A stretch of DNA of 63,429 nucleotides, filler included, from Perkinsus olseni (GCA_013115125.1; 54 parts of 54 records of this genome joined end to end with filler, not necessarily neighbours in it), one strand, 5' to 3'; shown: positions 11,336 through 24,650, counted from the first letter of the whole stretch. Notes: generated from the sequence alone by a model not told the origin. Made by a program: numbers and translations.

Positions 11336-11687
11336 GCTGTTGTTATTATTATTACTGATCTCCATCATCATCCCAGGAACCTTTGCTATTCTCCATGGCT
11401 GCCGGTGTTCTTACTTGGAATATATCATCGATCGGGTTAATCACACATATATCACAATCGAGGAAGAGTACGGTAGTGTAAGGTAGCACTGACGATCATG
11501 ATGATGAGAAGCACGAAAATAACAATAAGTAACAAGATAAGGATAGAAGACGACTATGATGATGGCTAAGATAAGGCGGATGATGAGTATTACCATGAGG
11601 ATTGAATATGTGTAGTTTGGTGAATACTTCCTTAAACCAATCCTTCTTATATAAAGATGATGCACCATATATTATAGGTAGACGTAC
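10951..11687 (-). CDS. Glycosyltransferase family 8 (glycogenin-like), partial, multi-exon
   Basis: Spliced translation gives VFTKLHIFNP / YTTVLFLDCDICVINPIDDIF (DxD) / INAGVMLASP / PEQHYL. Introns are filled with trinucleotide repeats. Confidence 0.8.
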
Positions 11688-11774
11688 CTGATCATCATAC
11701 CAGCAACAACAACAACAACAGCAGGATGATGATGATGATAATGGCAGTAGCAGTCATGATTATTATGAATGATA

Positions 11775-11896
<122 letters not shown>

Positions 11897-11998
11897 NNNN
11901 NNNNNNNNNNNNNNNNNNNNNNNNNNNNNNNNNNNNNNNNTTAATTAATTAANNNNNNNNNNNNNNNNNNNNNNNNNNNNNNNNNNNNNNNNNNNNTG

Positions 11999-12307
11999 AT
12001 GCCCAAGAACGGCGTTCTCGTCGATGCGGCCAGACATGAAGTCGTTGACGAAGATTCTATCATCTCCATCTTCCAGAAGCGTCCTGATCTTGGTTACATC
12101 TCTGATGTCGGTTTCACTAAGATGGACGAGTTGAGGGAGAAGATCAGCGCCGATCAGATGAAGAAGCAGCTTATTGTTACCCCCAAGAAGATGGGTGCCC
12201 AGACTCTCGAGTCTAATATCAATGCAGGTCTTGCTGCTGCGAAGCAGATTGCATCCTACTTCAAGGATGGCTCTGCCATTCATCAGGTCAATGGAAAGGC
12301 CTTTTAA
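11999..12307 (+). CDS. serA: D-3-phosphoglycerate dehydrogenase, lysine-type (type IIIK), C-terminal part
   Basis: MPKNGVLVDAARHEVVDE, YISDV and TPKKMGAQTLESNINAG. The protein ends without ASB/ACT domains. Confidence 0.85.
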   Translation: MPKNGVLVDAARHEVVDEDSIISIFQKRPDLGYISDVGFTKMDELREKISADQMKKQLIVTPKKMGAQTLESNINAGLAAAKQIASYFKDGSAIHQVNGKAF

Positions 12308-12845
12308 GTAGATTTTTCTATATAAAGCGCAGGATATGTGATCCTGCAACGGCCTAACACTGTTGCATATGCGTCTGTCTAGGAACAAAATTGGTGAAAG
12401 TTGAGTTCAGCAGTGTCATACATCGTGCAATCCCGTCATAGCATAGGAACAATAGTTTGGGATGTTTTCTCGCAGGATTTGGCCGGTCGGCGCTGTACTT
12501 CGATAGTTCGATACCTGATACATTTCGCTCAACTAGTTGAACTCGCTCTTGGCAGTGCCTAGGTGGCGTCGGTTGCAGTAGGCTCCGCCACCTGAACTGC
12601 GTCTTTGATGCGGGTCTGCTGGCAACCGCCGTTTGCCACCTGTCGTTGACACTGTTCACAATCACGATTGACTACTACTGCTCAACCATCTAATATATTC
12701 AAGGTCGTCTTAAGGGAGTAGTCGTGATGAACCAGAATAAGAAATGAAAGAAAAATATACGCAGGGTACTGAGTTGAAGATACTCAGACCCGACGGTTTA
12801 TAACAGCGGCATCTGAAGGTATCGTACGAATAAGAACCCGTAGCA

Positions 12846-13089
12846 CTAGAAGTTGCTGACGATATGAATAAGTAAAACTAGTATAGTCCCGACCACTGAA
12901 AGGCCGACGGCTCCGTGGGGAGCAGAGCTTGGTGTTGCCCTATCGGCGTAAGCCGGACAGTAGCCGAGGTCTTTGAATTGCGGGTTTGCTCTTATATCGG
13001 TCCAGCTCTTGTAGCCCACTATCTCGCTGTAGACGTCTGCCCTTTCTTCCAAGTTTCGTGCCCACATGTTCAAGTGCTTGTGGGCAGGT
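12846..13089 (-). CDS. C-terminus of a probable GPI-anchored surface protein
   Basis: Small-residue site (PSSA), a short spacer, then a terminal hydrophobic tail (VGLSVVGTILVLLIHIVSNF-stop). Confidence 0.45.
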
Positions 13090-13189
13090 NNNNNNNNNNN
13101 NNNNNNNNNNNNNNNNNNNNNNNNNNNNNNNNNTTAATTAATTAANNNNNNNNNNNNNNNNNNNNNNNNNNNNNNNNNNNNNNNNNNNN

Positions 13190-13262
13190 TTTTACTAATT
13201 TGGTCTGGGCTTTATTTAATTGCTCTGGGTTTTTACTAAGTAGGTCTGGAAATGGTGTAGTG
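13190..13262 (+). mobile_element. Right end of a CACTA/CMC-like element
   Basis: Ends GGAAATGGTGTAGTG. The terminal 32 nt are the exact inverse of 867-898, with the same subterminal repeats. Confidence 0.75.
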
Positions 13263-14282
13263 ATGGCAAGTATGTCGTGAACAAGTTGGCCTCGGGCCAT
13301 CTTGATCACGTTCCTGACGGCCGGCCGAAACCATTAAACCACGGCTTGGACAAAGAGATTCGCAACGTTATAGACGAGGGAGTTCTACAGGGAGTACCAG
13401 CCTGCCAAAGCATTGATCGTTGTCGTGAGAAGGGTCTAGCCTTACCAACTGAAAAGTTCCGCCAACAAGTGTACAAGCGAAGGCATACCGTTCGCACGGC
13501 CGAGAACATTGATAGACCACGCCCAGGACCGACGAAGATGGAGATGTCGGCCTTCTGTGAGAAGCACAAGAAGATGCCCCTCAACCCCCACGGGATACTT
13601 TGTCTGGATTATAACTTCGCCGATACGGACGCTTCGCGAAAGGACTTTTTCTGCTTCTTCACCACGCCCTCGCTGCTGCAGAGAAATTCAGTTAGAGGCC
13701 TTTTCGTCTGTGATTATACTTATAAAGCCAGTTGGCTCTCAGTAAGCTAGCTTGAAGCTTAATGCCGAACTATTGATTTCTCGATCAGGTGCCCATACTC
13801 CTGCTGGGGTCAATTCGAGAGCCAACGAGCTTCTCGTTGGTTGCCGTGGGGCTCACGGCTAGAGAAGATTCTCTTGCAGCGAAGCGGTTGTTCTCGTCCG
13901 TGAAGAAATGGAGTGCAGAAGTCTTGCCTCAAGAACAAGGAGGATGCCGGCCCTGGGGCCTGCTCAGTGACGCGGATGAGAGCCTCAGCGCTGGTTTCCG
14001 AGCGGTACGTCCCTGAATCTCCACTCATCTTTCACGCATTGGAGCCATGTATATACATTCTAGGTTTACGGGGAGACTCACCCGACAGGGCTTGACAAGC
14101 GAATGAGACTCCCGGAAGATCGTCAGGCGGCTAGGACCCACCGCTTCTACTGCTACGTCCACATGCTCCGGGCGACCTACAAGCTCTTCCAGAAGACCAT
14201 ACCCAACCCAGGCAGCAAGGGGTTCGTCCCACATCTGGAGGAACTGCGCTCCGCAGCTCGTTCGCGTCCTGCGATGGCCCTT
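13262..14282 (+). mobile_element. MULE/Mutator DDE transposase with two introns (13742-13788, 14005-14063)
   Basis: GHLDH, FVCDYTYK, LLSDAD and RFYCYVHM (CxxH). Removing both GT-AG introns gives one open frame. Confidence 0.85.
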
Positions 14283-14382
14283 NNNNNNNNNNNNNNNNNN
14301 NNNNNNNNNNNNNNNNNNNNNNNNNNTTAATTAATTAANNNNNNNNNNNNNNNNNNNNNNNNNNNNNNNNNNNNNNNNNNNN

Positions 14383-15475
14383 ATTATGGTATGACTAAGT
14401 CGATTAAACATCACGAAGTGCTCGCTAGTTTATCGTCTTCAAGTGTGGTTTACGATTATCGTGAGACACCGGAAGAAGGGAAGGTTGAGGTGAACGGTAT
14501 CGATAGCGAGGGCTTACGCGGAGTGATGGTTGTGAATAGTGATGGTATAAATGTTCCCGACTTGGATGGGTTAGAGAGTGAAGAGTACGAGGAGTTGGTT
14601 GAATTAGAGAGGTATGCGAGGCCGGATGGAAGAGTTGGAGAAGGGTTGTTGAATGATGAGGAGTTTACGACTTGTGTGAGGCGATGTGTGTTAAGATGTC
14701 AGGTGTCGGATGAGGATTTGCGACAATTCAGAGAGTACCTCCTGAAGAGGCTGAAGAGAAGTGAGTTAGGTATAAGAGCGAAGGTCCTACAAAGGTTGAG
14801 TAAGATTTGCTACGTCGACAATGATGGGTTGATACACCGTCACCCTAGCTCGGAGGATGAAGGGATACGAGAGCAGGGTAGAGGAGTAATCTATTTGGGT
14901 CAATCGGATTTTTCGGAGAAGTTTGTGAGGTTGATGGCGGTGGTGTATCACTATATTTATACTCATCTGGGGTCGAGAAGGGTGTGTCGGAAGTTGAAGA
15001 TGAAATATTATAGGAAAGGTATGGATAGGTTGGTTAAGAAGACGGTTGCATCGTGCATACCTTGTTTGAGGGCTAGGACTGCTCGAATGTTGGATTATGT
15101 GAACTCACAAGTGCAGCAGCTAGTTGTAGGAGGGTTGTGGCAAGTGGTAGGAGCTGATTTGGCTGGGCCGTATAATGAGGGTCCCGAGGTGAATGGTGAG
15201 GTTGATAAATATTTGTTGTTGGTTCACGATCACGTGTCTGGATTCACGTGTGTACGTCCCTTGAAAGATTGTAGGCCGAAGACGGTTGCCCTAGGGTTGC
15301 ATTCGATCTTTTGCGAGCATGGGTCGCCGAGGGTACTTCTCACCGATAACGATAGGGTTCATTTCATACGGAAGGATGTGAAGGTGACGTTGGCTAAGCA
15401 TGGAGTCAAGTATTATACCCTACCGGGGTATTCCCAGTACCTGAGTTTCTGGGAGAGACCCCATAAGGATTTTGT
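14383..15475 (+). mobile_element. Pol fragment: integrase Zn finger and rve core (BEL/Pao-like family)
   Basis: HYIYTHLG...CIPC, VGADLAGP, LLTDN and WERPH. The linker is homologous to the end of the 28673 ORF (VVYDYRE/VVFDYRE, ELERYARP/ELSRYAKP). Confidence 0.9.
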
Positions 15476-15575
15476 NNNNNNNNNNNNNNNNNNNNNNNNN
15501 NNNNNNNNNNNNNNNNNNNTTAATTAATTAANNNNNNNNNNNNNNNNNNNNNNNNNNNNNNNNNNNNNNNNNNNN

Positions 15576-15576
15576 G

Positions 15577-15644
<68 letters not shown>

Positions 15645-15645
15645 G
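15576..15645. repeat. (GTT)n microsatellite
   Basis: Direct inspection. Confidence 0.97.
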
Positions 15646-17117
15646 CTAACGCTCTTGAGAGCATCACCCGAGAGATCGCACTAGCCGCGGCAGCACTAGC
15701 AGCGGAGTGCGACGTATCACAAAACACGGCCCTATACAGCGACCGATTATCCCCAACGTTCGCACTTCTTTGAGAACGACCATCCGTTGGCCACTCGACT
15801 CGGGCCATGGCAGGAAACGAGTTACTGATCTGCTGTCACAGCTCATCATCAACATGTCGCGCATCATTTCCAGTATCAACTCTGGATGGAGGGACGGGCC
15901 CCGGCAGCTCCATCGGAATAAAGGGGAACGATGCATCAACCCCACGCAGAGCAGGCCCTGCACCGGTCTCAGAGGAAGCCTGTTGCACCTGCAGCAGGAC
16001 GACTGGTCGAGGCAAGCGCCCGTCGGGGTATAGGAGAAGAGTGCTCGCGGATACTCACCAGCTGAGTCAGCCTGGCTCGGCATCTGCGCCAAGTGCCCTT
16101 ATCGCACTCTCCCTCTCGAGGGGTGTCCCCGGTTACGTAGTGAAATCCAGCACAGTTGGACAAGACACCGAAGACCTCAAGGGCTCGGACGAGGGGCGGT
16201 GTGTCCTTGATAAGCTCTGAGGAGGCCGGTTTACAATGACGGCGGCGGCTACAGTCGTATACGAGAGAAACCCCTCTTCATCTCCTCAGCCATCCCGGAC
16301 TGCGCTCGGATCTCCTCATCATCATAGCAGAAAATCTTAGAGTAAACCCTGAAGCCGAGGAGGACGTGGAGCGCAGCAGTGAACCGCTCAATAATGAGAC
16401 TTGGCCTCCCGTTTGAAAACGAGTGAGTTGATGAGGTCCACGAGCCGCCCCTTGTCAGAAGGGTCCACATAGGGTTCCCGGACTGATATAGAGTCCTTGG
16501 TGGCAAGGGAGACACTCCAGAACTGAGACCAATGACAGAGGAAGTTCGCGAACTGTCGAAAATTCGTAGCTTACTCCTCTGGGAACGACGACCAAATCTT
16601 CTGGAGGTATGGACGAAGTCACATACCGTCGGTGAAGCCGGCCGTGTGGGGACATTCGACACAAAGGNNNNNNNNNNNNNNNNNNNNNNNNNNNNNNNNN
16701 NNNNNNNNNNNTTAATTAATTAANNNNNNNNNNNNNNNNNNNNNNNNNNNNNNNNNNNNNNNNNNNNACATAACGCTGTCCCGGAGGGAAAGGTACCTCG
16801 CCTTCTGGCAAGCGTCGGAGCTCAGAAGCATATCCTCGGTCATCCGGGCGGAAGGATACAACAGTGCATAGACCCTCACACAACTCTTCGCGAGGACGGG
16901 TAGCACTCGCGGGAAATGGAAGTAGACAAGCGAGTCCGCCGATCGTTGCACTACCCTCAAATCAGGTAATGGAGCCGTCTCGATGCATCGCAGATAATCA
17001 TGCACGGAGGAACATGCTGACGGTTCTTTACGTTATATCTGATCACCAAATAGGCAGACGCGGGATGAGGATACTCTTTCGCCACCATCGATAACCAGTT
17101 TGAAGGACCGCTGAAGG

Positions 17118-17420
17118 TCACGTCGCGAAAGGATAGATGGCACATGTGAGCTGCCTACACTGCTTCAGATTGGTAGGATGCGAATCTGACTCGCCTGAGG
17201 GGGAGTTACGACTTACCCATTGGAGTCTTTCAGAAATAACTGTCCACACCCCTGAGACCTGCACCTGCTCTCCATTAGCGACTTTAACGGCTACTGAGCT
17301 TGCTTTGCGAGGAATAAGCTTCATGCACTCCCCATCTACTCTAGAGATCTAGGAGAAGCCGGCATCAGAATCAACAACGAGCTGAACACTGTGGTTATCG
17401 AGAGATCCCGATATTACTAT
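17118..17420 (-). pseudogene. Degenerate retrotransposon aspartic protease
   Basis: VQLVVDSDAGFS(stop)...VKVANGEQVQVSG resembles the retropepsin active site and flap. Confidence 0.5.
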
Positions 17421-20329
17421 ATCCGGCAAGGACCCTGATGAGCCATAATTCGAACAATGTATTTCAGACTCGGAAAGTGGACCAACTAAGAAGGATTTTC
17501 CACTGGTATTCGAGAATGCGCCTTTGGTCTACTTGGTCTTGGGGTTTGATGACTGTTTCGATTACTCGTATGCATGGGAGGATCAAAAGAATTCTTGGAC
17601 GAATCAAAGCAAGTATTACAGCTTGCACTGGAATTGAAAGCGTGAGCGGTTTGTTCGTCATGCAAAGAAGAGTGAAGTGTTACAGAAACGCAGTCACACG
17701 GAGCAGCGAGTCCACAGTGATCGTAAGCAGTAGAGGCCTCACCACCCCCTCTTGGAGATGGAGTCCCAAGAAACCCCGAGTCAAATGAACCCCGAGATTG
17801 CGTCGATCTTCGTCACCTGCGGACTACTCAGGAGAGACAGGTTATTCTGGACAGCGCGNNNNNNNNNNNNNNNNNNNNNNNNNNNNNNNNNNNNNNNNNN
17901 NNTTAATTAATTAANNNNNNNNNNNNNNNNNNNNNNNNNNNNNNNNNNNNNNNNNNNNAGGGTTCTGCGTCTCCCGCATTGTTGTCGTTAGTTGAAGCAC
18001 TTTGCTAAGGCGAAGCTCAAGGCCGAGGGATATCCGGGATACGTGGTGGTTAGTTCGAGAATTCGCGATTATATTCAAGATTTCACTTAGTGACAAGGAT
18101 TTAGTGAATATTGAGTAGTGATGTTGATACCACTCTTTCCTCAATGCATCGATGATTCGGGTCTTACCGGCTCGAACGCTTTGACCGCATTCGATACAGC
18201 GGCGGGATGTACCAGCCGATAGCGACAAGAGTCCAAGGAACCTCTTACTAGCATCCATGGCAGCGCCATCAGGCGAACCAAAGTAAACTGTTGCCAGAAG
18301 CATTTCAACAAGCCTGGTGGGCGCACTTTTCCCTGCGAATGATGATCACGAAAGAGCCTGACCTGACCGAGGAGTCAAGCACTCCGAGCTGATAGGCGAG
18401 AGCACACCGTGATAACAAGTTCTCTCGGCTCTTCTTTGAGAACGCTCGAGTCGGCGAACAATGATCTTGATTCACGACAACTGACAAAGATACTCGATCA
18501 GTCTGACTGCTAATAATAGAATCGGTGCGCCACGGTTCTGCTAACCACCTGCGCAATGTGTCCCTCGAGGAGAGCTCAATCGATATTGCAGACAAAATAG
18601 TTGCTTTCAGGTCCTTACTAATGGTTTCGGGCAATCGACTGGTCTGAGAATTGAACAGAGATCCTCGACCGAACAAGCAAATCTAACTACTGGCGTCTTG
18701 GTTGGCAGAGAGGATCGGATCTCCTTAACGAGATGTTCTATCCTGCTACCATCGGGCTGACGAAAAGGTGGAGCTCACGGCCTATCAGCGCCGAAAGAGA
18801 GGAGGCCTGGCTACCTGCTTCGGGCCCTGACACAACCCTTCGCGCAATCTGAGTACCGCGTTTCGAACCTTGTCCTGTGAGAGCGATGACGCTGATTGAG
18901 AGCAGCATTGAGCTTACTCTTTCTCTATCAACAGCCTCCTCAAGGCGGGTTCTATCCTCCCTGAGACTATTCAAGCGATCATCGAGACGCTCGACTGTTC
19001 CTTCGGAATATACCATGTGGGAGAAGGCGCGTTAGAGTTAGAAAANNNNNNNNNNNNNNNNNNNNNNNNNNNNNNNNNNNNNNNNNNNNTTAATTAATTA
19101 ANNNNNNNNNNNNNNNNNNNNNNNNNNNNNNNNNNNNNNNNNNNNAGGGCCGGAACGATCGCCACCTTGTAGGTTTTGATCACTTTCTTTCCGGTGATCC
19201 CAGCACGTGCCCAGCCCAGGTGCCTCAGCCTGCCCAACTTGGCTTTGGCTTCGGCACATGTAACCTTGATGTGATGTTGGCTGCGACGCTGCTGTCAACT
19301 ACTTCGTTGGGTAACGGATTAATGCTGGAATTCAAATCACTGCGCGCCTGCCGCCTGCTTGGGGAGACGTTGCTCAGAATCGGTTGGTGATCAACCGGTA
19401 TCAGCGCGAGAAACTCGATACCAGGTGGGAATTTCATTTGGTATTTACAGCCCATGGCTGTACAGAGTCTTAACCGGCCTGCTGAATTCTGGTTTATGGT
19501 CGGAGGGAGTCTCGCGCACCTCGGCGGAGTTGGTGAGTGAGGCCATCGGTGCTTGCTCATGCAGCCCGTATGAACCCATGGACGATTTGAACGAGATATG
19601 ATCGTTTAAATTGACGGTCTTTACTTGTGGAACATGCGAGAGCATGTAACGAGGTTCGTGTTAATGTGCAGGAAGACGCATGGGGTTGTACTCACTGGTG
19701 ACCACTACAGGTAGGGTCTTGGGTCAAACTACTTATGACAGAGAGGGGAGAGTTATTCGAGGGAGCACGGAGAACGCCGGGACGATCAGGATCAGCATAC
19801 CGGCACGTATACACAACAATCGGCGCAGAATCTCATTGCAAGCGAGCACCCACGCTGGATGAGCAAGCACGGGATAAAGACGCATGACAAGTTCTTCGCC
19901 GCTTAAGGCAGCTCATCGCCAACAGGCTAGTCGTACGGCAAGCTCTTGATGCGAGCGGCAGAATATTCGCACGAAATCATTCTGTCTCCTTCGATAACGG
20001 ACTCACGCCAACTCAGATATGCTGTAGCATAACGATAAAGGCCGTCTGGGCGGAATTTCTCGAAACATGTCATCCTGCTCCGATGACCCCGCTCCGTTGA
20101 GGGACGCTTCTCGCGACTTCGTAGCCAATTGTGTCAAAAAAGGTCCATTCCCCAACTCTGCGCAGCCTCTCCCGCACGATGTTCATGCGTGCAGACTTGA
20201 AGACGATCTGTAGCTGTTGTATTCGCTAANNNNNNNNNNNNNNNNNNNNNNNNNNNNNNNNNNNNNNNNNNNNTTAATTAATTAANNNNNNNNNNNNNNN
20301 NNNNNNNNNNNNNNNNNNNNNNNNNNNNN

Positions 20330-21378
20330 AGACAATCAACAGCAAGAAGCACTTGGTGATCGAGGGTACTCGATATGAGTACAACGATAAATGGTAGGCC
20401 CAACTTCGCGAAAGTTCTCTAGGACGCCCCTGCTGTTCAGTCCCTTGAACTTGCCGGCCAGCTATGACGCAAAGTACATCGACCCGGCTTGTTCCCCGGG
20501 GACGCATGAAGGAAGCTGGGCGGAGACGTACGAGGGGAAGACTGACTTCAAAGCCCATGGTAGGCAAGTGTAGGTGACATTGGTCTCCAAGGTCCCCAGC
20601 TGTCCGAACATGGAGATGACCCATTTGCCTCTGATGGCGTTTCGGCGTGACAATCACTGCGCTCATTCTTAAACTATCAGGTCCGTCGCTGGTGGGCATC
20701 GACGTTACGTTTTCTGAGGCGGAGGCTGCCTACGGTCTGCAAGGGCGTGGGACCACCTCCTCTGAACTGAAGATTGGCGGTACCAGCGATCTGAGTTTGT
20801 ACAGGTCGGTGGAGGACTCATCAACGTGAGATCTAATCGCCTGTTCTGTCAGATTCTTCAATCTGGACTATGCTGGGTATCCCGTCGACGGGGACAGAGC
20901 CCAAGGAGCGATATACGGAGCTATACCAACACTTACCGCTGTGCAGGTGTGCTGAACGAAACCGTCATCTCTAGGCCAAGGGCCTCTGGAAGCCGACGTC
21001 GGTCCGCCTTTTTTCTTAGAAAGGAACTGGGCCCACGCCAACGACCTCCTCTTTGCTGTGGGTCAATCCGTCTGACACATTAGTGGCTCTAACTGGAGGT
21101 ACCCACCCACGAAAGGCGAGTCTAGTTCCGTTGAGATGATTTTCAAACGTCTGCAGGTCGCGGAGGAGATCTGACGAGCACTTTCGTGTCCGAGTCCGGT
21201 GTGATCGATCTGCTCCTCTACCCCGGCATGAAGCCTCAAGAAGTATTCCCTCTGAGCGTCGCCTGAGTCAGCATGATCCTTCGTTCAGTTCTCAACTGCC
21301 TACCATCGGACGACGGGGTTGCCGGCCCTCCCTCCACTATTCGGTTTGGGGTTCCATCGCAGTCGTTATGCCGTCGAG
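20330..21378 (+). CDS. GANAB: GH31 alpha-glucosidase (glucosidase II alpha subunit-like), partial, multi-exon
   Basis: Exons translate to WAETYEGKTDFKAH-GPSLVGIDVTF..AYGL, FFNLDYAGY..IYGAIP, WVNPSDT, SESGVIDL and YHRTTGLPALPPLFGLGFHRSRY. Confidence 0.85.
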
Positions 21379-21512
21379 GTGAGCTCGTGTATTTGGGCGG
21401 CTTCTGACAGTCNNNNNNNNNNNNNNNNNNNNNNNNNNNNNNNNNNNNNNNNNNNNTTAATTAATTAANNNNNNNNNNNNNNNNNNNNNNNNNNNNNNNN
21501 NNNNNNNNNNNN

Positions 21513-22397
21513 AATGGCCGAGTAGAACGAGCTCATCGTTCGTTGGGTCTTATCTTAGATACCATGCTACATACTGGTGATGGTAAGGACGCCGACGACT
21601 TAAGGGTTTACCTGGCCGCTGCTGAGAGCCGAGCTAACTTGAAGATCAACTCCAAGGATCAAGTGTCGGTTCATGGTGCTGTATATGGGCAGCAACCAAA
21701 CTCACTGATGACAAAGGCTATAGTGGAGGACATCCAGGACGTGGAGATCCAAGCCGAAGACGTCCAGCAGATTGCAAGGGTGGCAAGGTATGCTACTGAT
21801 GCTCTGGCTGATGAGCGTGACGTGAAGGCCCACTATAACGCCGGAGTCCGTATAGCTCAAGTTCATCAAGGACGAATTCCTGATATCTCCGAGGGTGACA
21901 AGATCCTACATCAAGGAGTAGAAGATGTGGTTGAGAAGATCTACATCGCTGACAACAGTGGTAAGCCTACGGTTGTCATACTAGGTTCAGGACTGAAGGT
22001 GCCTGTATCCGAGCTTCAACCTCTTCCGGATGATAGACCAGTACATCTACCCACGAACGCCATTGATGATGACAAGGTGACGGTGGATGACTATGCTCTG
22101 GTCAAGGCCAGTGACGACAGAGTCGCGGTGGTCAGGATAATTAACATCAAGCCCGGTAAGGAGGTCGAAGGCCATATCTATGACGCTGGAGAGAAGGGAG
22201 CAGTGTTCCTTCCTCTATGGAGCGTGGATGGTGTGTTCAAGCGGGGCAAGAGTAAACCGCCAAGATCAACGCCAGCTTTGCTAACCACGCCCTACGATAA
22301 GATCCTGTTCAAGGTGGAGCTGAATCTAACTGGACGGATGAAGCCTGCTAGCAGAGACAGGATGCACGCTGTGCACGTGCAGTACGCTGCGCAGTGA
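21513..22397 (+). mobile_element. LTR retrotransposon integrase C-terminal half with a long extension
   Basis: Begins NGRVERAHRSL (catalytic Glu motif). A PPT-like AATAGGGGG and TGT (possible 3' LTR start at 22492) lie downstream. Confidence 0.7.
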
Positions 22398-23482
22398 TGA
22401 TGAGTATGTAATTAGATTACTATTGAGTAGAGACAGCCAGTATGATTATTGTATTGACTCGCTATAAATAGGGTCGTCAATAGGGGGCTCCTGTACCACA
22501 CCGTCTGTCTCTAAGTCCCTGAGTATCGATTATCGCGGCTAGCGCGGCACAACCGTTTCATGTTGCCGAGTCTGAAACTGCTAGTCCGAGCACTNNNNNN
22601 NNNNNNNNNNNNNNNNNNNNNNNNNNNNNNNNNNNNNNTTAATTAATTAANNNNNNNNNNNNNNNNNNNNNNNNNNNNNNNNNNNNNNNNNNNNAGAGGG
22701 AGTGTTACACTCATTCTAGCCTCGACTGTGTCAGCTGATGTCTCCGACCGGTGTCCCTCTTTCGTGCAGTTCCACCGGGGCTCTTCTCCAGAACAACTTG
22801 TTAACTCCTATGTAATGATCATGAAAAACGTCTGTTAGTCACAGGGGCTCTATTAACCCCGATAGAGCTCGCCGACGACTGTTTAGGTTCCTCAGTCACG
22901 ACCAACTTTGGTGCCATACTGGGGACACTAGTCACGCAATCCTGGAGTGGTTACGCTAGCAGGCTGGGAGCAGCCTCCCCAAGATCATGTTCCCGGCCAG
23001 TATAGCGTCATACGGCTATGGTAGATCCCAGGTGGGCCATGAGACCTCGCCGCGCTATTTGAAAGCATAGAGACGTGCAGTGCTCGGGCAAGGGGGATTC
23101 AGCGAAGAAATCCACCACGTGGGCTCGAACGAGTAAAAACAACGCATCGGAAAACACCGTTTCGGTCGATTCGAAGAGGCCAGCCGTAGACTAACGGTCT
23201 GACTAGCTATTGAGAGTTCCTCGAGTCGCGGACATCGACCATTCGCTAGCGTGGAGAGTAGAATCGAGCACGAACTCGGTGCACTGCTGATTTGAAAATT
23301 TCACAAGTTTCTTCGTCCAATTTTTTTCGCGTTACTCAAAGCAGTGAGCACTAAGCATCTACTTGCCTCGGTGTATCGGGCACCCAGACAAACGCTTCTC
23401 GAAACTACGTAACTCAACGCCCAGAACATTCAGACAACCATGGTGAGCAAATGTCTCAGGTAATGACGCACGTGAAGCGATA

Positions 23483-23775
23483 TCAACTACAGCTCGTTTC
23501 AGCAGTCGCCGCGAGAATGAACTCCATCAAGCCCGCGTCGTTCAGGGGATAATTTCCAGCTTGCCGAAGCGCCGACTCTCCTGCTGTGTTGGGTTTAGTA
23601 GGCGACACACCCCTCTCCATGAGGAACCTTGAAGAAGGCTGGCACGGACCGACGAACTGACGTAAGCGCACTGTACAACAGATTCGCTTCAATCCCTCCC
23701 TGGTGTTGAGCAATGAGTGCTTGATGTGACCCTTATAGTTAACGCAAGCCATCGTACATAGTCATAGGTCTCAGT
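23483..23775 (-). CDS. Possible ankyrin-repeat protein C-terminus
   Basis: RFLMERGVSPTKPNTAGESALRQA resembles an ankyrin repeat junction. Confidence 0.4.
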
Positions 23776-23875
23776 NNNNNNNNNNNNNNNNNNNNNNNNN
23801 NNNNNNNNNNNNNNNNNNNTTAATTAATTAANNNNNNNNNNNNNNNNNNNNNNNNNNNNNNNNNNNNNNNNNNNN

Positions 23876-23943
<68 letters not shown>
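23876..23943. repeat. (CTA)n microsatellite
   Basis: Direct inspection. Confidence 0.97.
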
Positions 23944-23944
<1 letters not shown>

Positions 23945-24187
23945 CAGCACTCGATGTTGATTGAGTATTCGTGATGAACTCCATCACGTTGTTGGTGAAG
24001 ATGATGATGATCTCCTTACTACTATGTTATTACCATCATCGTCGTCATTATTCTTGTTTATCATTATTAGTGATCATCATGGACCGATCAGGATGACGAT
24101 TCTCAAATGGATGCACCTGATAATAATAATACTATTAACAACAATCGAGTAGCAATCGATAAGACTATGATTATGATGATTATTATT

Positions 24188-24650
24188 ACTGTTATGTCAA
24201 CGTCAGCTATACGATGTGTTGGCCCAGCTGCCAGTATACGTTGCACTGATTCCCTATCTCTCATCAATACAAACCCTAATGATGCTGGACGACAGCGGGG
24301 TGTACGCCTGAACAACAACAACAACAGCAGAAGTACTCCTCAGGAGGCAGCAACCCGGCCCCCTCAAAATCAACATTGTTGTTGTTGTTGTTGCTACCAT
24401 GGTGTGATCATCGATCATATTACATATTCTTATTGTTGTTCTTACCCGCCCCCTTGTTGTTGTTGTTGTCCTCTGTTGTTGTCGAATGTAACTGTTTTGA
24501 GTGAGCCACCAGAACCTTCCTAACTTCACCATAATCCTCAAAGTATTCTCTCAAGAATACCGGTGATCGGAAACCAAACTTATGGATGCGGCGTACTATG
24601 AATATGCATGATTCATCCTCTTTATCTAATTCTTGCAATAATGTCCTAAA
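24188..24650 (-). CDS. RRM-like RNA-binding protein, partial, spliced
   Basis: CIFIVRRIHKFGFRSPVFLREYFEDYGEVRKVLVAHSK, a GT-AG intron, then RPASLGFVLMRDRESVQRILAAGPTHRIADVDITV. Confidence 0.75.

Noticed and set aside
15650-16667. Possible decayed non-LTR RT C-terminal region
   Set aside because: Only vague resemblance across several frames; no intact motif.
17959-20229. Short ORFs in these two contigs (likewise 1203-2230, 2405-3506, 32125-33198, 34472-35544, 50813-51872, 60069-60980, 61223-62276)
   Set aside because: No recognisable domain or consistent exon chain by eye; left unannotated.
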